DNA of 41,964 nucleotides, taken from the NCBI GenBank assembly GCA_031416315.1, contig JANOTL010000119.1:1-41964 (forward strand), read 5' to 3'. Both the position numbers and the translations under genes were made by a program. Below the pieces are notes generated by a model. The model was not told the origin of the DNA and searched no databases. It saw only the letters and a program-made list of their open reading frames with translations. Below are positions 9,331 through 18,848 of this stretch, piece after piece. The stretch comes from Pseudomonadota bacterium. Lineage in GTDB: Bacteria; Bdellovibrionota_B; Oligoflexia; Oligoflexales; CAIYRB01. The first letter of the stretch is position 1; every line of letters starts with the position of its first letter.

Positions 9331-11133
9331 TCACCCCGCCTGAGCCTCAGCCCCCGGCAAAGTCCGCAACAAATCCGCATCCCGCGTCTGCCCCGGAATG
9401 CATCCCTGCCACTCGCCCGACTTCGCCAGCTGCTTCCTCACGTCGCCGACGTTCGGCGTGTTCGAGCAGAAGTCGTCTTCGCCGGCCAGGCCGTCGCCGT
9501 CCATGTCGGCATTCGAATCGTAGCCGCCGAGCAAGGAGTCCGAGACGTCCTTGTCGCGCATCTGTCCGGGCGCGCAGCCGGCCCATTCGCCGGCGCCGTG
9601 GGTCACGGGCTTCAGGTCGGCAGATCCGGGGGTATTCCAGCACTGGTCGACCGCATTCTGGACGCCGTCACCGTCGTAGTCGGTACCGCTCGCGGTGGTT
9701 CCATGCCCTTCACTGAGGCCGAAGGCGCCGCCGCATTGATACGCGGGACAACCCGCCATGTAGAGGTAAGGTCCGGCCAAGCCATGCACGATCCGCGAGG
9801 TGCCCGCTATGACCCAGCTCGCGACGTTGACGGTTGCGCGGGCGACCGCGCCGACCGCGTGCGCGCCAACGCGGACGATGCCCACCGCGAGACGACCCGT
9901 CGCTCGGACGGTGGCCGCGACGATGCGCGCGCCGCCGCGGATGACGGCGGCGCCGCCGCGCACCAAGGCGACACCAACGCGGACGCCAGCGCGAGCGACG
10001 CCAAAAGCGACACGACCCACAGCGACGCCGGTATGCACGATGCCGCGGCCGATGCCGACCGCGAGCCGCGCGAACGGCCGCGCGATGCCGCCCACGACCC
10101 CCCGTAGGATGCGACCGCGCAGGCTCGAGCCTTCACTCTCGCCGGCCGATTGATCGATCTCCTTGGCCAACTTCGGCAGGTCCGACTCTTCGTCGACCTC
10201 GGGGAACTGCGTCGCCAGCGCCTCCAGGTCTTTGACGAAGGGCGTGAAGGCCGCATTCGTCTCCGGGAAGTCCTTGACCATGGTCGCGCGCGTGTCAGCG
10301 TTGCAGTAGAAGGAGTCGAAAGCCTCCGCGAAGACGAAGTCGCGCAGGAGCTCGGGCGCGTCGCCGTCGGGCTCGACTTTCAGAGCGTACGACTCCAGCG
10401 CCTTCATGTCGTAGCGGGAATTTTCCTGCGCGGACGCGCTTGCCAATTCGCGCATGAAGGTGCGCGCGAGCTCGCTCGTGCGGCTTTCGAACTGGCGGTC
10501 GCCGTCGCTCACGTCGACGTCTTGGGGAACGGCGAGCTTGGTGAGATGCTGCGAGACGATGTAGCCGAATGCGCGCACGGTCTGATGCGACAGCGAGCCC
10601 TCGCCGCCGGAGAGGTAGATCACCTGCTTCACCGGGCGCACGTTCTTCCCTTCGAACTGCAGCTCCTCGGCGGCGACGTCGCGCCAGCAGAAGCCGTCGA
10701 CCTGGCCGCGGTCGGTGACAAAAGCCTCTTCGTTCGCGTCCTTGAACTTCGCCGGCCGCTTGCCGCATTCCTCTTTCGTCGTGTCGCTGACGACGATGGC
10801 GCCGCCGGAGTCGAAAAAGCCGACGAGCGCCGCGAACGGCACGGCGACGAGCGACGCCTTCAGCTCTTCGCGCGCGCGCTGCGCGTCGCCCTTCATGTCG
10901 ACGCTGACAAAGCCGGCGTCGGCGACGAGCTCGTCGAGGAGCTTCTTTTTCGCCGCGGGGATGTCGAGATCGCCGGCCTGGTCGGGATCGTTGGTGCCGC
11001 ACAGATTGTGGCGGAAGTCGGCGTTGGCCGAGCGCGCCAGGTTGTCGAGGGACTTGACCTCGCTCGTCCTTTGCGTCGACTTGCAGCCAGGGACTAGGAC
11101 CGCAAGGAGAAGCGCGTAGCTTGCAAAGCGCAT
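9331..11133 (-). CDS. Multidomain lipoprotein: ATLF-like domain, Arg/Gly/Ala/Val amphipathic repeat, two TSP type-3-like repeats
   Basis: Lipobox LVPG-C and GAGGA RBS. FVFAEAFDSFYC..TR..M...FPET; low-complexity aa 339-454; DYDGDG..DQC..TP..GC and DMDGDG..DFC..TP..GC. Confidence 0.8.
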   Translation of the reverse strand: MRFASYALLLAVLVPGCKSTQRTSEVKSLDNLARSANADFRHNLCGTNDPDQAGDLDIPAAKKKLLDELVADAGFVSVDMKGDAQRAREELKASLVAVPFAALVGFFDSGGAIVVSDTTKEECGKRPAKFKDANEEAFVTDRGQVDGFCWRDVAAEELQFEGKNVRPVKQVIYLSGGEGSLSHQTVRAFGYIVSQHLTKLAVPQDVDVSDGDRQFESRTSELARTFMRELASASAQENSRYDMKALESYALKVEPDGDAPELLRDFVFAEAFDSFYCNADTRATMVKDFPETNAAFTPFVKDLEALATQFPEVDEESDLPKLAKEIDQSAGESEGSSLRGRILRGVVGGIARPFARLAVGIGRGIVHTGVAVGRVAFGVARAGVRVGVALVRGGAAVIRGGARIVAATVRATGRLAVGIVRVGAHAVGAVARATVNVASWVIAGTSRIVHGLAGPYLYMAGCPAYQCGGAFGLSEGHGTTASGTDYDGDGVQNAVDQCWNTPGSADLKPVTHGAGEWAGCAPGQMRDKDVSDSLLGGYDSNADMDGDGLAGEDDFCSNTPNVGDVRKQLAKSGEWQGCIPGQTRDADLLRTLPGAEAQAG

Positions 11134-11175
11134 AAGTCCTCGATAGATAGGGATTTCTTGGGTGATCCCAAGACT

Positions 11176-11589
11176 TTAGCGGGAGGGGCGCGTCGGGGCA
11201 AGCCCTAAACGGTCGGCCGGACAGTGACCGGGACGGGGGCCCACCTCCGGAAATTGCCGGCAAACCTGCGGTCGCGTCGCGTAGGTCCCGCAGCGCCGCG
11301 TCTCGGCATCCAGGTAGCGACAGTCCCCGTTCGCCTTCTTGCCCAAGAAAAAGGTGCCGCTGATCGGGTTGAATTCGCGGATCGCGCCGGAAGCGAGCAA
11401 AGGACGCGCCGCTTTGCGCAAAGAGCCGCGCGCTTCGGCCGCCGACAAGAGGCCTAGGCGCACGAGGTCAGCGGGCGATGCCTCGACCGGCAGGGAGCAG
11501 CAATGGGCGCGGCAGCCCTCGCAAAGGCCGGGCTTCCACGCGGGCCAGCGCGAAGGCAGATCGAGATCCTCGAGACCTTGCTCCGTCAC
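11176..11589 (-). CDS. YkgJ-family cysteine-cluster (Zn/Fe-chelating) protein
   Basis: CEGCRAHCC...C.YL....C..Y..RP.VCRQFP motif. Confidence 0.85.
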   Translation of the reverse strand: MTEQGLEDLDLPSRWPAWKPGLCEGCRAHCCSLPVEASPADLVRLGLLSAAEARGSLRKAARPLLASGAIREFNPISGTFFLGKKANGDCRYLDAETRRCGTYATRPQVCRQFPEVGPRPGHCPADRLGLAPTRPSR

Positions 11590-11605
11590 GGCATGGTCCT
11601 GCGCC

Positions 11606-12577
11606 TCAGCTGCCGTAGCCGGGCTTGGTCGCGAGGCGATGGGTCGACTTCAGCTCGCGCGTCGTGCCAGTCTCCGAGCGCATGACGATCGAGTGCGTGT
11701 GGGCGTGGCCGCCGTAAACCTTGACGCCTTCGAGGTAGCTGCCGTTGGTGATGCCGGTGGCGATGAACATGACGTTGCCGCGAGCGAGCTCTTCGGCCGA
11801 GTAGACCTTGTTCTCGTCGGTGATGCCCATTTTTTTGGCGCGGGCGCGCTCGTGGTCGTTCCGGAACTTGAGGACGCCCTGCATGTCGCCGCCCAAGCAG
11901 CGCAAGGCCGCCGCGGTGATCACGCCCTCGGGCGCGCCGCCGATGCCCATCAGGATGTCGACGCCGCTCATCGCGTTCGCGGTCGCGATTCCGGCCGAAA
12001 CGTCGCCGTCGCCGATCAGGCGGATGCGGGCGCCAGAGCTGCGGAGCTCGGCGATCAAGTCCGCGTGGCGCGGGCGGTCGAGGACGATGACGAGCATCTC
12101 GCTGACCGATTTCTTCAGGGCCTTGGCCACCGACTGCAGGTTCCAGGTCGGGCTCTTGGTGATGTCGATCGAGCCCTTTGCCTGGGGGCCGACGGCGAGC
12201 TTGTCCATGTAGGTGTCGGGCGCGTGCAGGAAGTTGCCGTCCTCGGCGGCCGCGATCACCGATAGGGCTTCGCTGCGGCCCATCGCCGTGATCGAGGTGC
12301 CTTCGAGCGGGTCGCAAGCGATGTCGATGCGCGGGCCTTCGACGCGGCCTTCGGCCGAGCCGATCTTCTCGCCGATGTAGAGCATCGGCGCCTCGTCGCG
12401 CTCGCCTTCGCCGATGACGATGGTGCCCGAGAACTTGATCGAGTCGAAACTCTTCCGCATCGCCTCGACGGCGGCGTGGTCGGCCTCGTTTTCCTTGCCG
12501 CGGCCGATCCAGGGGCTGACCGCCAGGGCGGCGGCTTCGGTGACGCGGACGAACTCGAGGGCTAGGTTGCGGTCCAT
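11606..12577 (-). CDS. glpX: Class II fructose-1,6-bisphosphatase
   Basis: Start re-called at ATG 12577: MDRNLALEFVRVTEAAA. VIGEGERDEAPML, DPLEGT, APDTYM, IGDGDV, GIGGAPEGV. Confidence 0.97.
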   Translation of the reverse strand: MDRNLALEFVRVTEAAALAVSPWIGRGKENEADHAAVEAMRKSFDSIKFSGTIVIGEGERDEAPMLYIGEKIGSAEGRVEGPRIDIACDPLEGTSITAMGRSEALSVIAAAEDGNFLHAPDTYMDKLAVGPQAKGSIDITKSPTWNLQSVAKALKKSVSEMLVIVLDRPRHADLIAELRSSGARIRLIGDGDVSAGIATANAMSGVDILMGIGGAPEGVITAAALRCLGGDMQGVLKFRNDHERARAKKMGITDENKVYSAEELARGNVMFIATGITNGSYLEGVKVYGGHAHTHSIVMRSETGTTRELKSTHRLATKPGYGS

Positions 12578-12657
12578 GTGGTGCGACTCCCGGCGGTTGA
12601 AGGCGCCTGTTCTACCACGCGCTCTGCATCGCAGAAAGTCCCGAAACCACGGCCGGT

Positions 12658-13491
12658 CTAGGGCGGCCCGAACGACCCCTCGGGGTCGGCGAAAGCCCGC
12701 TCGACCACCTTCGCCAGACCGGCGGCGTGGACACCGTCGATGATGCGGTGGTCGAAGGTGACGCCGAGGCTGGCGACGGTCCTCACCACCGGTACCCCCG
12801 AGGCGGCGACGACCCGGGGGCGCGCGGCGCCCAGAGCCAAGACCATCGGCACGCGGGAGTACGGGACCAAAGGCGCCAGCGCGAAGTCGAGCCCGAGCGA
12901 GCCGACATTGGTGATCATCACGCTGCCGAGCGGGTCCTTGGGCGTGCCGAAGAGCGGCGTCCAAATGTTGAGCCCGAACTGCACGAAGCCGGCGAAGTCC
13001 ATCACCAGGCCCGAGATCCACCCCGGCAGAAGCTCCATCAGCCGCTTCATTCGAGCGTAGCTCTTGTCCTTCCCGGTGCGGACGCCGCCGACCTTCTCGC
13101 TCATCTCGCGCGCGATCGTCTCGACCGACTTCGTCTCGGCGGCGAAGACGCGCACGCCCGATAGATCCTCGCCGGCGGCGTCCGTCGCGACCTGAAAAAA
13201 GAGGGTCACGGCGCGTCGCGGATAAACGGCGCCGAAGCGCAAGATCCCGTTGATCGCGGGCTTCTGCCGGAAGGCTTCGGCGACGGCGCGGCCGAGGAAG
13301 TGCGTCAACGTCACCTTGAGGCCGGTGCGCTCGGAGATCCGGCGCACGTAGGCCAGCGCCGCGTCGCACTCCAAATCCATCGCGCCGTAGACGGTCGGAT
13401 CCTTGGCGGTGCGCCACGTGCCGATCGCCATTTTGCGCCACGCGCTCGTTCGCAGCGGCGGCAAAAGGTCGAGATGGCGCTCGAAAAGCAT
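12658..13491 (-). CDS. 2-oxoacid dehydrogenase E2-type acyltransferase, catalytic domain only
   Basis: ITNVGSLG and catalytic TFDHRIIDG; no lipoyl or E3-binding domain (277 aa). Confidence 0.85.
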   Translation of the reverse strand: MLFERHLDLLPPLRTSAWRKMAIGTWRTAKDPTVYGAMDLECDAALAYVRRISERTGLKVTLTHFLGRAVAEAFRQKPAINGILRFGAVYPRRAVTLFFQVATDAAGEDLSGVRVFAAETKSVETIAREMSEKVGGVRTGKDKSYARMKRLMELLPGWISGLVMDFAGFVQFGLNIWTPLFGTPKDPLGSVMITNVGSLGLDFALAPLVPYSRVPMVLALGAARPRVVAASGVPVVRTVASLGVTFDHRIIDGVHAAGLAKVVERAFADPEGSFGPP

Positions 13492-14381
13492 CAGCTGACG
13501 ATGGGAAGCGCGAGCGAGAGGCTCGGGCCGCGCTCGAAGCGCAAGGTGTCGCCGTACTTCAGGTCGAGCGAGCCGTGCTGGCCGTCGAGCGCGAGCAGCG
13601 CCAGCGGACAGCGGTTCTCGATGACGACCGATTCCACCGCGGCGTCGAAGAGCCCGCCGTCGATCATCGGCTGGGGGCGGGCCAGGCGGTAGAGCTCACG
13701 GATCTTGAACTGGAAGAAGACGTCGTCCTTCGGGCGGGGCGCGCCGCCGGCGGCGAGGATGGCCGCCGTCGAGCCGACGCCCGTGGCGATCCAGATGCCG
13801 CTGGAGCGGTGCAGCTCGGTCTCGCCGCGAAAATGGATACGATAACGGGTGGTTGCGGCCGGGTTGGCGTTGGTGTACAGGAAGTCGTTCAGGATCGGGA
13901 CCGTGCGCGTCTCGGCCGAGGTGCCGGCGAAGTCGGCGTGCTTCACGATGCAGACCAGGCGGTTCACCGTGACGAAACGCGTGCGCTTCGCGAGCAGGGA
14001 TTTGACCAGGGCCTCGGGGTCGTCGGGGCCGGCGCAACAGAGGTAACCGACACTGGACTCGGAGGAGCGCACGCCGTAGATCGGCATGCCGTCCGCGATG
14101 TGGTGCGAGGCGGACAGGAGCGTGCCGTCGCCGCCGACGGTGAGCACGGCCTCGTACTTCGCGCCGCGGGTGCCGTCGTCTTCGCGGCTCACGAGATCGT
14201 AGTCGACCTTCGCCTTCTCCATCGCGTCCTTGAGGCGCGAGAGCGTGGCGTAGTGCTCGGAATGCGCCTTCACCAGCCGCGCGAGCGCGTCGGGCGAGAC
14301 GCGCCCCGCTTGCACGCGCGCTTCGACGGCAGGACCGTGAAGCTCGTAGTTCGTGGTCTTGGTGACGATGAGGACGCGCAC
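13491..14381 (-). CDS. nadK: NAD(+)/NADH kinase
   Basis: VGGDGTLL, LND, SSGIWIATGVGSTA, DG. Start re-called at GTG 14381 with AGGAAGGGAAG RBS. Confidence 0.85.
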   Translation of the reverse strand: MRVLIVTKTTNYELHGPAVEARVQAGRVSPDALARLVKAHSEHYATLSRLKDAMEKAKVDYDLVSREDDGTRGAKYEAVLTVGGDGTLLSASHHIADGMPIYGVRSSESSVGYLCCAGPDDPEALVKSLLAKRTRFVTVNRLVCIVKHADFAGTSAETRTVPILNDFLYTNANPAATTRYRIHFRGETELHRSSGIWIATGVGSTAAILAAGGAPRPKDDVFFQFKIRELYRLARPQPMIDGGLFDAAVESVVIENRCPLALLALDGQHGSLDLKYGDTLRFERGPSLSLALPIVS

Positions 14382-14406
14382 GCTTCCCTTCCTAGGACGG
14401 CTGGCT

Positions 14407-14466
14407 CCCGCCGGCAAGGCGAGCGCCGGCGCAGCCGGCCGCTACGGCGCTCGCCTTGCCGACGGG
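14407..14466. repeat. Long intergenic inverted repeat (17-bp perfect stem, 16-nt loop, short extension)
   Basis: CGGCAAGGCGAGCGCCG (14412-14428) pairs with CGGCGCTCGCCTTGCCG (14445-14461). No U-tract on either strand. Confidence 0.8.
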
Positions 14467-14482
14467 CGCCGGCACACTCGCT

Positions 14483-16102
14483 TCACCCGCCAGTTTCTTT
14501 GGCGGCCCCGTCGGCAGCAGCATCGTCTAGCGCCAGGAAATCCGGGTTCATCCAGATCTTCTGCTTCTTCTCCATGTCGTCTCTGATCTGCTTCTCGTAG
14601 AGATTGAAGAGCGCGTAGCCCTCGGAAAAGGAGGCGCTGGCGGTGAGCTCGCGCTTCTTGTCGAGGTCGAACTTCGACATGTCCGGGTCTTTTTTCGTTT
14701 TCAGGCGGACGATGTAGAGGTTGCCGCGGACGTCGAGGACCGCCGGGTGCACGTCGCCCGGGTTGCGTAGGCCGGCGAGGGCGTCCGAGACCTCTTTCGA
14801 GGAGCCGATGCCCGGGAGGTACTTGGTCGACGCCGGAAGCTCGCCCGTCGACGCCCAAGCCGTGCTGCTCGAGGCGAGGAGCGCGTCGACGTTGCCCTTC
14901 TCCTTGATCGCGGCGAGCACCTTCTCGCCGGTCTCCTTGGCGACTTTCGGGCGCTTCTCCTTACCGATGAGGGTCTCGGCGATCTGACGCTGCGCGTCCT
15001 CGAGCTTGGTGACCTTCGCGGCCTTCTTGTCCTCGACCTTGATGACGTGGAAGCCGAAGGGCGACTCGACGGCGCCCGAAACCTCGCCCGGGGCCATCTT
15101 AAAGGCCGCTTCGCTGAACTCGGGCACCATCGCCTCGCGGGCGAAAAAGCCCAAGTCGCCGCCCGAGCTCTTGCCCTGCGGCTCGTCGGTGTCCTTCTTC
15201 GCCAGGGCGACGAAGTCGGCGCCGGCAACCTTCGCCGCGGTGGCGATCTCTTCGGCGCGCTTCTGCGCCTCTTCCTTCGTGCGCTTCGCGCCGTCCGGGG
15301 TGGCGTTGCGCGAGCCCTTGTAGCCGACGAGGATGTGGCGGGCCTTCACCTGCTCGGCGGTGTTGTACTCTTTGACGTTCTGGTCGTAGTGCTCTTTCGC
15401 CTTGTTTTTGGTCGTCTCGTCGGTGAGAAACTTGTCGATCTCAGCGGCGTCGATCTTCACGTCGACCTTCTGCGGATCGAACTTAAGGTACTCGAGGTCG
15501 AGCTTCGTCTCGTTCAGGCGGTAGTCGAGCTCGGCGGATTTCGTCGACACGAGGGCCGTGTCGGTGACGAAGCGGCGCATCTTCTGCACGGTGACGTTGC
15601 GGCGGACCTCCTCGAGGAAGGACGCCTCGGTATAGCCCTGGGAGCGGAGGAAGTTCTCGAAGCCTTCCTCGGAGAACTGGCCGTTTTCGCCCTTGAAGGT
15701 GTCGCTCTTCTTCAGGAGGTCCAGGACCTCCTCATCGGAGGCCTTGAGGCCCAAATCGATGGCCCGGATGTAAAGCGCGCGGTCGTCGACCAGCTCTTTC
15801 ATGACGTTGTGCGCGAGGCGCAGCGCTTGCGGGTTGAATTGATCGGAGAATTGGCGCTGGTAGCGCTCGTAGGCGACGCGGTACGCGCGGTTGAACTCGG
15901 CGCGCGAGATCACCTCGCCCTCGACGACGGCGGCGGAGCCGGACATGCCGGCCGTGGTCCCGGTCCGCTGACTGGTCGGGTCACAGACGCCGAAGAAGGT
16001 CATCGCGCCGAGCGCCGCCAGCAGAACGGCGTACGTGGTGTAGTTCTTCTTGAGCTTGGCGGCCTCGAGGCCGTGGAGGCTCTTATCTTTCATCTTCCAC
16101 AT
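14483..16102 (-). CDS. ppiD: PpiD/SurA-family peptidyl-prolyl isomerase chaperone
   Basis: N-terminal TM, SurA-N domain, parvulin motifs KARHILV, GGDLGFF, MVPEF and SPFGFHVIKV. Start re-called at ATG 16102 (GGAG RBS). Confidence 0.85.
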   Translation of the reverse strand: MWKMKDKSLHGLEAAKLKKNYTTYAVLLAALGAMTFFGVCDPTSQRTGTTAGMSGSAAVVEGEVISRAEFNRAYRVAYERYQRQFSDQFNPQALRLAHNVMKELVDDRALYIRAIDLGLKASDEEVLDLLKKSDTFKGENGQFSEEGFENFLRSQGYTEASFLEEVRRNVTVQKMRRFVTDTALVSTKSAELDYRLNETKLDLEYLKFDPQKVDVKIDAAEIDKFLTDETTKNKAKEHYDQNVKEYNTAEQVKARHILVGYKGSRNATPDGAKRTKEEAQKRAEEIATAAKVAGADFVALAKKDTDEPQGKSSGGDLGFFAREAMVPEFSEAAFKMAPGEVSGAVESPFGFHVIKVEDKKAAKVTKLEDAQRQIAETLIGKEKRPKVAKETGEKVLAAIKEKGNVDALLASSSTAWASTGELPASTKYLPGIGSSKEVSDALAGLRNPGDVHPAVLDVRGNLYIVRLKTKKDPDMSKFDLDKKRELTASASFSEGYALFNLYEKQIRDDMEKKQKIWMNPDFLALDDAAADGAAKETGG

Positions 16103-16265
16103 ACGCACGCCGCTCCATCGAGGAATCGAGAAAGTGATAGACCCTAAGCTGTAGCACACGATGCGGGGGTCGTGCTAACAAGCATCCTTGTCTCGATCCC
16201 CAAGCTTTCAAAGAGTGTAGCGCCCGATCTCATCGGACGTTTCACGAATCTTTCCCCCATCTTAA

Positions 16266-17311
<1,046 letters not shown>

Positions 17312-17312
<1 letters not shown>

Positions 17313-18205
17313 TGATGATGAGCCGAGGCAAAAGGCTACTCTTCACCGCGCTCCTCGTGAGCGCCGTGTTGTCGCCGTTCATTTTTTTCTCGGCGCCCTT
17401 GAGCGCTTGGAAAGGCTCGAATCCCGCGGTGATGATGCTGCAGGACGCGCTCTATCCGATCGAGCGCGTCTGGCACGGCGTCACCAGCGGCTTGGGCAAG
17501 GTGATGTCGACCTACGTCTTCGTCACCGGCGCCGCGGACGAGAACGCGAAGCTGCGCTCGCAGCTCGCGGGCGTCCAGGCGCGCATCATGGACTACGAGG
17601 AGCAGGTGCTGGAGAACGAGCGCTTGCGCCGTCTCCTCGGCTTCAGCAACCGCAGCGAGAAGAAGTTGATCGCGGCCGAGGTGATCGGCGTCAGCGAGAA
17701 CGCGCCTTTCCAATCGATCCGGATCACGCGCGGGCACACGGCCGGCGTGAAGCCGGGGATGCCGGTCGTCGCGGCGGACGGCATCGTCGGCAAGGTGATC
17801 CGCACCGGCGCCTATTTCTCCGACGTGCAGCTCCTCGTCGACTCGGATTTCCACCTCGACGTCCTTCTGCAGAGAACGCGCGTGCGCGGCGTCCTCTCCG
17901 GCGCCGACCGCCAGCATTGCACCTTGTCCCTAAACAAGAGGGTCGAGATCCGCATCGGCGACACCCTGATCACTTCGGGGATCGTCGGCGGCTTTCCGAA
18001 GGGCATGCCGATCGGGCGCGTGATGCGCATCACGTACGAGTCCGACAACGTCGCCCAGACGATCACGGTCGAGCCTTGGGTCGACTACCGCCGCCTTGAA
18101 GAAGTGATGGTGATCTTCAACGAAGATCAGGAGCTCGCCAAGATCGTCGAGACCGCGGGGCCGGAATGGCTCGGACGCGCGCTCGGCGACCCTGCGGGAG
18201 GCTGA
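17312..18205 (+). CDS. mreC: Rod shape-determining protein MreC
   Basis: N-terminal TM, coiled coil ENERLRRLL, GMPVV..GIVGKV, GDTLITSG..G.FPKG. Directly follows mreB. Confidence 0.95.
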
Positions 18206-18209
18206 GCTT

Positions 18210-18848
18210 ATGCTCCCAGGTCACGCCCAGCCCTTACGGCCGAGCCAGCTGCGACGCGCGGGCGACGCGTTCTTGCGCTTGCGCGAGGTGATGACGCCGC
18301 GGCCGGTGACCGGCAAGCTCTGGCTCGACCTCGTCTGGCTCCTGGTCGTCGGCGCACTGCACCACGCGGTCTTGCCGACCCTGACACGCCTACCGCCGGT
18401 GACGCGGTCGACGTTCCTGATCGATCTGATGACGCCGTGGCTCACGATCACCTTCGTCGCCGCGCCCCTGTCGCGCGCGGCACTGTTCGCGCTGGTCGGC
18501 GCGATGATCCTCGAAACGCACTCGACGGCGCCTTCGGGACTCTACATCACGGCCTATTGGGTCGTGGCAGTGGTGATTCGTCTGACGCGCTCGACCTTGT
18601 CGTGGCGGCACGCCTTCCCTTGGCTCGTGACCTTGGCCTTGGCGGAGCTCTGGGTGATGGGCTTCGAGCTCTTCGTCTCCGGCGTCGCCGGGCTCTCCGA
18701 CGGGCCGCTCGATTTCACCATGGTCGCGCAGATGGGCCTTCGATTCGTGCTCTCGACTGGAATCGGCATGCTCCTAGCGCGGCGCCTGATGGCCGAGCCC
18801 TTGACGCCCGACCCGGAAAAAGACGCCGTCTACGACGGGTCGTACTGA
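18210..18848 (+). CDS. mreD: Rod shape-determining membrane protein MreD (start may be ~18291)
   Basis: About five hydrophobic segments; located between mreC and PBP2. Confidence 0.75.
   Translation: MLPGHAQPLRPSQLRRAGDAFLRLREVMTPRPVTGKLWLDLVWLLVVGALHHAVLPTLTRLPPVTRSTFLIDLMTPWLTITFVAAPLSRAALFALVGAMILETHSTAPSGLYITAYWVVAVVIRLTRSTLSWRHAFPWLVTLALAELWVMGFELFVSGVAGLSDGPLDFTMVAQMGLRFVLSTGIGMLLARRLMAEPLTPDPEKDAVYDGSY

Noticed and set aside
11156..11173. Hairpin TCTTGGG-TGAT-CCCAAGA after the YkgJ gene
   Set aside because: Short stem with no U-tract on the transcribed (minus) strand; cannot be called a terminator.
11606..13441. 611-aa ORF suggesting an N-terminally extended or fused GlpX
   Set aside because: The extension overlaps the E2-like gene in another frame; canonical GlpX starts at 12577. 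The same applies to the extended ORFs for PBP2, GNAT, pirin, pilin and the transglutaminase.
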